64,000 nucleotides of DNA, taken from positions 1,568,001 to 1,632,000 of the forward strand of contig OZ241362.1 in the NCBI GenBank assembly GCA_965200315.1. Reading direction: 5' to 3'. The translations under genes were made by a program, and so were the position numbers. Under the pieces are notes generated by a model. That model was not told the origin of the DNA. It made no database searches and saw only the letters and a program-made list of their open reading frames with translations. This document shows, piece after piece, positions 58,804-64,000 of this stretch. The DNA is from Candidatus Latescibacterota bacterium (lineage in GTDB: Bacteria > Latescibacterota > UBA2968 > UBA8231). The first letter of the stretch is position 1, and each line of letters opens with the position of its first letter.

Positions 58804-59616
58804 CTAGTGCTGATCGCGGCGCGGCAATATCGGCTGATTCTTCAGCTCGCGGATTAGCTCTACAAGCCCCTCGGTCGCCGCTGCTAAAAACTTTTCGCCC
58901 TTTTCCTTGGTAGCTTTAGTCGCGTCGCCTACTACCCCGCTGGCCGTCTGCTGGCTCCAGTAGGGTATCAGCCGCGCACCCGATCCCTCGGGGTGCGTGC
59001 CACCCAACAGGTCGGTGCGGAAACTCGGCGACAGCGGCGAGCGCTCGTCAACGGCCTTGTCCATTTCCACGAGTTCCGGCTTGAGCGCGAGATAGAGCGA
59101 GGTTTCGTATTCGCCACCGTGCGAAGTTCCGCCGTAGGACGAGTCGCGCAGTTCGTTGCCCACGGTCTTGGCGCGGCGTATATCCCAGTGATTGACCGAG
59201 GCGCAGAGGATCTGGCCCTCGTACTCGAGGACGGTGAGGCGGGCCGCCAAGTCGAGCGGCGAGGTGTTGGAGCCGTGGCCATTGACGAGGAGGATGCGCT
59301 TAAAGCCGTGGTGGGCCAAGCTGCAACACACGTCCTTGACGTAGCGGATAAAGGTGTCCCACTCAATAGTCAGGGTGCCGTGGAAATCCATGTGGTGCGG
59401 ACTGTAGCCGTGGGTGACGGGCGGGGCGAGCACGGCTTCTTCCGGGATGCGAGCCACGGCGCGCTCGCAGATGCCGTGGCACAGCACCACGTCCGTATCC
59501 ACCGGCAGATGCGGGCCGTGGTCTTCGTGGGTGGCAACGGGCAGCACGGCCACGCGGCCAGCGGCCGCGGCGTCACGGGTCTCGTTCCAGATCATTTCAG
59601 CGTAGCGATATTTCAC
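58804..59616 (-). CDS. Creatininase family amidohydrolase
   Basis: EDHGPHLPVDTD, GYSPHH, VNGHGSN, HGGEYETS, SGVVGDA. Confidence 0.9.
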   Translation of the reverse strand: MKYRYAEMIWNETRDAAAAGRVAVLPVATHEDHGPHLPVDTDVVLCHGICERAVARIPEEAVLAPPVTHGYSPHHMDFHGTLTIEWDTFIRYVKDVCCSLAHHGFKRILLVNGHGSNTSPLDLAARLTVLEYEGQILCASVNHWDIRRAKTVGNELRDSSYGGTSHGGEYETSLYLALKPELVEMDKAVDERSPLSPSFRTDLLGGTHPEGSGARLIPYWSQQTASGVVGDATKATKEKGEKFLAAATEGLVELIRELKNQPILPRRDQH

Positions 59617-59702
59617 GAGTTTCGCTCCTCACAGCAGTAGGGTTGGATCGGAGATGTGGAAAGAAGTACGCAATTGGCACAGCAGGGGCAAGTTGCCGTT
59701 CC

Positions 59703-59731
59703 TCGACAGTTTTTGGCATCCCTTCTATATT
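59703..59731 (+). promoter_or_regulatory. Sigma70-type promoter of ddl
   Basis: TCGACA, 17-bp spacer, TATATT. Confidence 0.5.
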
Positions 59732-59773
59732 GTTAGAAGAGGCAACTTAACCTAACCGAAGGAACAGCAATAC

Positions 59774-60868
59774 ATGGGTCGCAAGATACGCCTCGGTGTG
59801 CTCTGCGGCGGGCGCTCGGCCGAGCACGAGGTCTCGGTCATCTCGGCGCGCTCGATGTTGGAAGCCATCGACAAGGACAAGTACGAACTAGTGATGATCG
59901 GCATCTCCAAAGAAGGACGCTGGCTGTCCGCCGCAGACACTCAGCAGCTTCTGGCGTCCGGTCAAGTCCACGAGGATGGGCTAACGCCGGTGGCGCTGGA
60001 CTATCTAGGAACGCGCACACTCGTGGCGCAGCAAGGCGATTGGCAGGACCAACCGCTCGACGCAATCTTCCCCCTCCTGCACGGCCCCTACGGCGAAGAC
60101 GGCACTGTGCAGGGCCTGATGGAACTAGCCAACATAGCGTATGTGGGGGCCGGGGTCGTCGGCTCGGCCGTGGGCATGGACAAGGAGCTGATGAAGCGGG
60201 TTTTCAAAGCCGAAGGGCTACCGCAAGTGGACTACCAGGTAGTGCGGCGCAGTCGGTGGGAAAAGGACCGCGCCGGGATGCACGCCGCGATCGAAGCCGC
60301 GCTGGCCTACCCCGTCTTCGTCAAGCCGGTGAATCTTGGTTCGAGCGTCGGGGTGAGCAAGGCCCGCAATGAGGCCGAATTGGAGCAGGCCATCGACAAA
60401 GCAGCGCAATACGACTACAAGATCGTGGTCGAGGCCGAAGCGAGCGGCTGCCGCGAGGTCGAAGTGGCTATCTTGGGCAACGAGTCGCCAGAAGCGTCCA
60501 TCACCGGTGAAATCGTACCGGGCAACGACTTTTACGACTACAACGCCAAATACATCGACGACAACTCCGATCTGATCATTCCGGCGCGCACCTCGCCAGC
60601 CACCCAAGAGGCCGTGCGCGAGCTGGGCATTCGGGCCTTTCAGGCGGTGGAAGCCTGGGGATTGGCGCGGGTGGATTTTTTCGTGCGCGAAAGCGACGAG
60701 GCGATTTTCATCAACGAGATCAACACCATGCCGGGGTTTACGCCCATCAGCATGTATCCCAAGCTGTGGGAGGCGAGCGGCGTGAGCTACGGGATGTTGA
60801 TCGACCGCTTGGTCCAGTTGGGGATCGAGCGGCACGAGGACAAGCAGAAGACGAAGACGGCGCGGTAA
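59774..60868 (+). CDS. ddl: D-alanine-D-alanine ligase
   Basis: GGRSAEHEVS, LHGPYGEDG, GSSVG, FYDYNAKY, NEINTMPGFT. Confidence 0.96.
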   Translation: MGRKIRLGVLCGGRSAEHEVSVISARSMLEAIDKDKYELVMIGISKEGRWLSAADTQQLLASGQVHEDGLTPVALDYLGTRTLVAQQGDWQDQPLDAIFPLLHGPYGEDGTVQGLMELANIAYVGAGVVGSAVGMDKELMKRVFKAEGLPQVDYQVVRRSRWEKDRAGMHAAIEAALAYPVFVKPVNLGSSVGVSKARNEAELEQAIDKAAQYDYKIVVEAEASGCREVEVAILGNESPEASITGEIVPGNDFYDYNAKYIDDNSDLIIPARTSPATQEAVRELGIRAFQAVEAWGLARVDFFVRESDEAIFINEINTMPGFTPISMYPKLWEASGVSYGMLIDRLVQLGIERHEDKQKTKTAR

Positions 60869-60872
60869 GTCC

Positions 60873-61580
60873 ATGCAGAAAACGCGGTGGGAAAAGGGCA
60901 ACGTCAGCAACCTAATTTCGTTTGCCCTGTTGGTGGCGGGCCTTTGGGGGCGCGTTGAGGGGATCGCTGGCAGCGAGTGGGTGCTAGCGGTTGGATTGTT
61001 TGGCTTTGCTGGCGGCGCGACCAACTGGTTGGCCGTGAAGATGCTCTTCGACCGCGTGCCTTTGCTGTACGGATCGGGGGTAATTCCGGCGCGATTTCGC
61101 GCCATCCGGGAAGCGGTCAAAGACGCCATCATGCGCTACTTCTTCGACGAGGAGTATCTAGAGCGATTCTTCGCCGAGCGGATGGCTGGAGACGATGTGG
61201 GGGAAAAGGTGCAAAAGGTGCTAGCGTCCGAAGAAGTTGACGCAATCATCGACCGCAAGCTCGAAGAGCTGGCCGAATCACCGCAAGGAATGATGCTTCA
61301 GTTGGTGGGGACGCAGACGGTCAAGCCGCTGGTCAAGCAGTTCGTGATCGGGTTCGGGAGCGAGATCGCGCCGCTTTTGGCCAGCGAAGCGGGCACAGAA
61401 GTCGGAGCGATGCGGACGCAGGTTGACGGATTGCTGGAGACCAAGTTAGAGGAGCTAACGCCCGACCGCGTCAAGGAGATGATGGAGGAAGTAATCCGCG
61501 AGCACTTGGGCTGGCTAATCGTCTGGGGCAATGTGTTCGGCGGCACTATTGGACTATTATCTAAAGCACTGGGGTATTGA
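60873..61580 (+). CDS. DUF445 family membrane protein
   Basis: GGATNWLAVKMLF; HLGWLIVWGNVFGGTIG. Confidence 0.8.
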   Translation: MQKTRWEKGNVSNLISFALLVAGLWGRVEGIAGSEWVLAVGLFGFAGGATNWLAVKMLFDRVPLLYGSGVIPARFRAIREAVKDAIMRYFFDEEYLERFFAERMAGDDVGEKVQKVLASEEVDAIIDRKLEELAESPQGMMLQLVGTQTVKPLVKQFVIGFGSEIAPLLASEAGTEVGAMRTQVDGLLETKLEELTPDRVKEMMEEVIREHLGWLIVWGNVFGGTIGLLSKALGY

Positions 61581-62389
61581 AAATGAGTCAATGGAATCTA
61601 CAGGGCGAAGTGGCAGCGGTCATCGGCGGCACCGGCGTATTGGGCGGGGCAATGGTCCAAGGCTTGGCCAAGGCCGGAGCCTCCGTAGCAGTGTTGGGGC
61701 GAGATCACGCCCGGGGGAATAAACGAGTAGCAGCCATAGAAGCAGCAGGAGGCACGGGCGTTTTCGCCGCCTGCGACGCCACGGATAAGGCATCGCTCAA
61801 GGCAGCCCATGCAGCGGTGGTCGCGGCGTTAGGTCCCGTCAACGTGCTACTCAACGCCGCCGGTGGCAATCAGCCACAGGTGACCTTGAACGACGACCTA
61901 GATTTTGCCGCGATAACGACCGACGATTGGCAGCGCTGTTTCGACCTGAACTTGGGGGCCGGCGCGCTGTTACCCTGCCAAGAATTCGGATCGGCCATGG
62001 TCGCACGGGGCCGGGGCAGCATCATCAACATCGCTTCGGTCGCCGCCCACCTGCCGGTTTCGCGAGTGGTGGCATACTCCGCGGCCAAAGCGGCCGTATT
62101 GAACCTAACGCAGTTTCTCGCGCGGGAGTGGGCCGACAAAGGCGTACGGGTCAACTCCATCACTCCGGGCTTTTTCCCCGCCGAGCAAAACCGCCGCCTG
62201 CTCTTTGCAGAAGACGGCACCCCAACCGAGCGCGGCCAACAAATCCTCTCCCACACGCCCATGAACCGCTTTGGCCACCCCGAGGAACTAGTCGGCGCAG
62301 CCGTGTTCCTCGCGTCGGATGCGGCCAGCGGCTTCGTCACCGGCACGGACATCCGCGTTGACGGGGGGTTTTTGACGACGACGATCTAA
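61577..62389 (+). CDS. Short-chain dehydrogenase (sugar-acid oxidoreductase-like)
   Basis: GGTGVLG, NAAGGN, YSAAK, ITPGFF, VDGGF. Confidence 0.9.
   Translation: MKMSQWNLQGEVAAVIGGTGVLGGAMVQGLAKAGASVAVLGRDHARGNKRVAAIEAAGGTGVFAACDATDKASLKAAHAAVVAALGPVNVLLNAAGGNQPQVTLNDDLDFAAITTDDWQRCFDLNLGAGALLPCQEFGSAMVARGRGSIINIASVAAHLPVSRVVAYSAAKAAVLNLTQFLAREWADKGVRVNSITPGFFPAEQNRRLLFAEDGTPTERGQQILSHTPMNRFGHPEELVGAAVFLASDAASGFVTGTDIRVDGGFLTTTI
62352..62389 (+). repeat. Direct repeat, copy 1 of the SDR 3' end
   Basis: TCCGCGTTGACGGGGGGTTTTTGACGACGACGATCTAA. Confidence 0.85.
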
Positions 62390-62391
62390 AA

Positions 62392-62757
62392 TCAAATATC
62401 TTCGATGGCGTCTGGCTCAGGCATCTGTGCAAATTGGACGGCCTTGATAGTCGCAGTACCTTCGAGCAAGGCTCGAGCTAGACGGTGCCCGCCGTCCATC
62501 AGACGGCCGTTCTCGTTTATAACAACGGGGAATTCGGTGTTGGCCTCGTTGATCCGTTTGCAGTGAGCGGCCACCTCTCGGATGGTCGGCGGACGATTCG
62601 CACCAAACCAGCAGTTCTGGTCCAGTTCCTGAAAACTCTCCACCTCGACTGCAAATTCGGGTAGTTCTTGGGCTAGCTTCCATAGCCGGTCCGTGTACCA
62701 GATGTACCTCTTACCCTTGATTTCCGTCGAGTGGGTTTGTCGTCTATGCCTCTGCAA
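62392..62757 (-). CDS. Small ParB/Srx-like domain protein
   Basis: FPVVI..LMDGGHRLARA; AAGGAGAG RBS, TTG start. Confidence 0.68.
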   Translation of the reverse strand: MQRHRRQTHSTEIKGKRYIWYTDRLWKLAQELPEFAVEVESFQELDQNCWFGANRPPTIREVAAHCKRINEANTEFPVVINENGRLMDGGHRLARALLEGTATIKAVQFAQMPEPDAIEDI

Positions 62758-62779
62758 TGCTTCTCTCCTTTTGGCTTTC

Positions 62780-62824
62780 GCTTAACGTTCTCGGCACCCT
62801 CGAACCAAGGGTGCCGCGTTAGCT
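62780..62824 (-). mobile_element. Short attC-like recombination site
   Basis: Minus strand AGCTAAC-G-CGGCACCCT-N7-AGGGTGCCG-AGAAC-GTTAAGC between two co-oriented small genes. Confidence 0.5.
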
Positions 62825-62841
62825 GAAGTTGATCTGTCTAG

Positions 62842-63456
62842 CTAATCAACGAGATGCTCCTTGATAGAGTCGAACCACTCTGCAAATGGTTCCTGCAATT
62901 GAGGATCTTCGGTCAACGGATGCCACATTAGGACAAACTTGTGGTGATCAGAAAAGACTTCCCACTCAAGCTCATCACTTGCCGTGCAACGCAATTGATA
63001 GTGCTTGCGCTCAACAGTGGTCGTCAGAGCATCTTCTGGTATCCAGCCAGTTATTTGAAACGAGATTCTATCCGAACCGAGCCGCTCTTTTTCCACATAA
63101 TTGATTTGTACAAAACCGTTTTCAGCCTCTCGTGTACCAACGCGAATACCTCTTCGAATTGTGACCCAATCGAAACTGCCAGTGTCTGGTCGAGAATATA
63201 CAGTGGAAGTCTTCTCGATGACGGCTGTGTTGGGAGGTAGCTTCTCCCGTTCCGACAAAAGTTCCGCGACAACATGCAGTGCGGCTAGGCCCGTTTCTTC
63301 GCGGGCCTCCCGGAGTGCCGCGGCGACAAAGGATTCTCCCTTTTCCACTGTCCCGGCAGGTATTTGATTGCCGGCGTAGGGGTGCTTTAGTAGGAGAACG
63401 TGCTTTCGACTGTCCAAGCTACGCGTTATAAAACAAGTGACCTTGCCCAGCGACAT
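62842..63456 (-). CDS. NUDIX hydrolase
   Basis: PAGTVEKGESFVAAALREAREETGL Nudix box; more AT-rich than the flanks. Confidence 0.85.
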   Translation of the reverse strand: MSLGKVTCFITRSLDSRKHVLLLKHPYAGNQIPAGTVEKGESFVAAALREAREETGLAALHVVAELLSEREKLPPNTAVIEKTSTVYSRPDTGSFDWVTIRRGIRVGTREAENGFVQINYVEKERLGSDRISFQITGWIPEDALTTTVERKHYQLRCTASDELEWEVFSDHHKFVLMWHPLTEDPQLQEPFAEWFDSIKEHLVD

Positions 63457-63515
63457 ATCACATTATTCTCTGCATTCCTGATTCAATTTCAGCTAACTAT
63501 TTGTATCCGAACAAG

Positions 63516-63550
63516 TCCGCGTTGACGGGGGATTTTTGCCGACGATCTAA
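63516..63550 (+). repeat. Direct repeat, copy 2: orphaned SDR 3' end
   Basis: TCCGCGTTGACGGGGGATTTTTGCCGACGATCTAA, encoding RVDGGFLPTI*; 2 mismatches and a 3-bp indel versus copy 1. Confidence 0.85.
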
Positions 63551-63553
63551 CGC

Positions 63554-64000
63554 CTATTTCCACAGCAGGCGGAGGTAAAACAGCGGATTGGTCAGCATCT
63601 TGCGCGGCACGGCGTCGGCCATCATGCCGCAGATCAGGTCGCTGACCTCGGCATTTTTGGCGGCCTTGCGAATGACCAAATTCATCAAGTAGGGCCAGCG
63701 GCCCAAATGGTGCAGCTTGGTGCTCAGCTTCAGTTCGCTGCCCAGCGCATTCCACAGCCGATCCTCATAGCACCGCAAAAAGCCAGCCGAATAATCCCCG
63801 GCCTCCCGGGCTTGAGCCGCAGTCCCTACGGCAAAACGGGCCGAGTACACGGCATTGCCAATGCCCTCGCCCGTGAACGGGTCGATCAAACCGGCTGCGT
63901 CGCCCAAGAGCAGAAAGCCATTCCCGTGCGCTAGTCGCCGCCGCGAGCCAACCGGCAAATTCCAACCGACCGGAGCCTCAAGAGGGCGGGCGTCGCGGAA
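63554..64000 (-). CDS. Geranylgeranyl reductase family FAD oxidoreductase, C-terminal part
   Basis: LLLGDAAGLIDPFTGEGIGNAV; runs off the window. Confidence 0.85.
   Translation of the reverse strand, partial: FRDARPLEAPVGWNLPVGSRRRLAHGNGFLLLGDAAGLIDPFTGEGIGNAVYSARFAVGTAAQAREAGDYSAGFLRCYEDRLWNALGSELKLSTKLHHLGRWPYLMNLVIRKAAKNAEVSDLICGMMADAVPRKMLTNPLFYLRLLWK

Noticed and set aside
58804-59616. Creatininase as mycofactocin MftE or part of a RiPP cluster
   Set aside because: No precursor peptide, radical SAM or other mft genes nearby.
59675-59690. TGGCACAGCAGGGGCA as a sigma54 promoter for ddl
   Set aside because: It lacks the TT of the -12 box, and a well-spaced sigma70-type promoter lies closer to ddl.

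Overview
GC-rich chromosomal window from a diderm bacterium. PorU/PorV homologs, C-terminal YPNP sorting domains, PhyH-HEAT and ceramidase-like proteins suggest a non-Bacteroidota FCB lineage such as Latescibacterota; this assignment is an inference. The backbone is housekeeping: argR-argB-argD-argH, tilS-ftsH-folP-dacA, lexA, era, purD-folB-folK-panC, rpmB, secDF, yggS-yggT-ileS-dksA-lspA-rluD and ddl. No tRNA, rRNA, CRISPR array, integrase or transposase was recognised. Five things stand out. (1) A roughly 15 kb T9SS-like secretion/sorting operon in which PorU has Ser at the expected catalytic Cys and the M6-like cargo has lost HExxH. (2) Two small integrase-free insertions, each bracketed by a duplication of the host gene's 3' end (133 bp and about 35 bp). 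One carries a KID/Bdr-like coiled-coil gene. The other carries two cassette-like genes separated by a 45-bp attC-like site. (3) Three dispersed, tail-anchored coiled-coil genes with variable 11/18-aa repeats, one with a sigma54-type promoter. (4) Two restriction-modification insertions, one with an internally deleted endonuclease. (5) An apparent excess of CCAAG/CTTGG/CTAG over CCWGG, seen by eye and in one small hand count.
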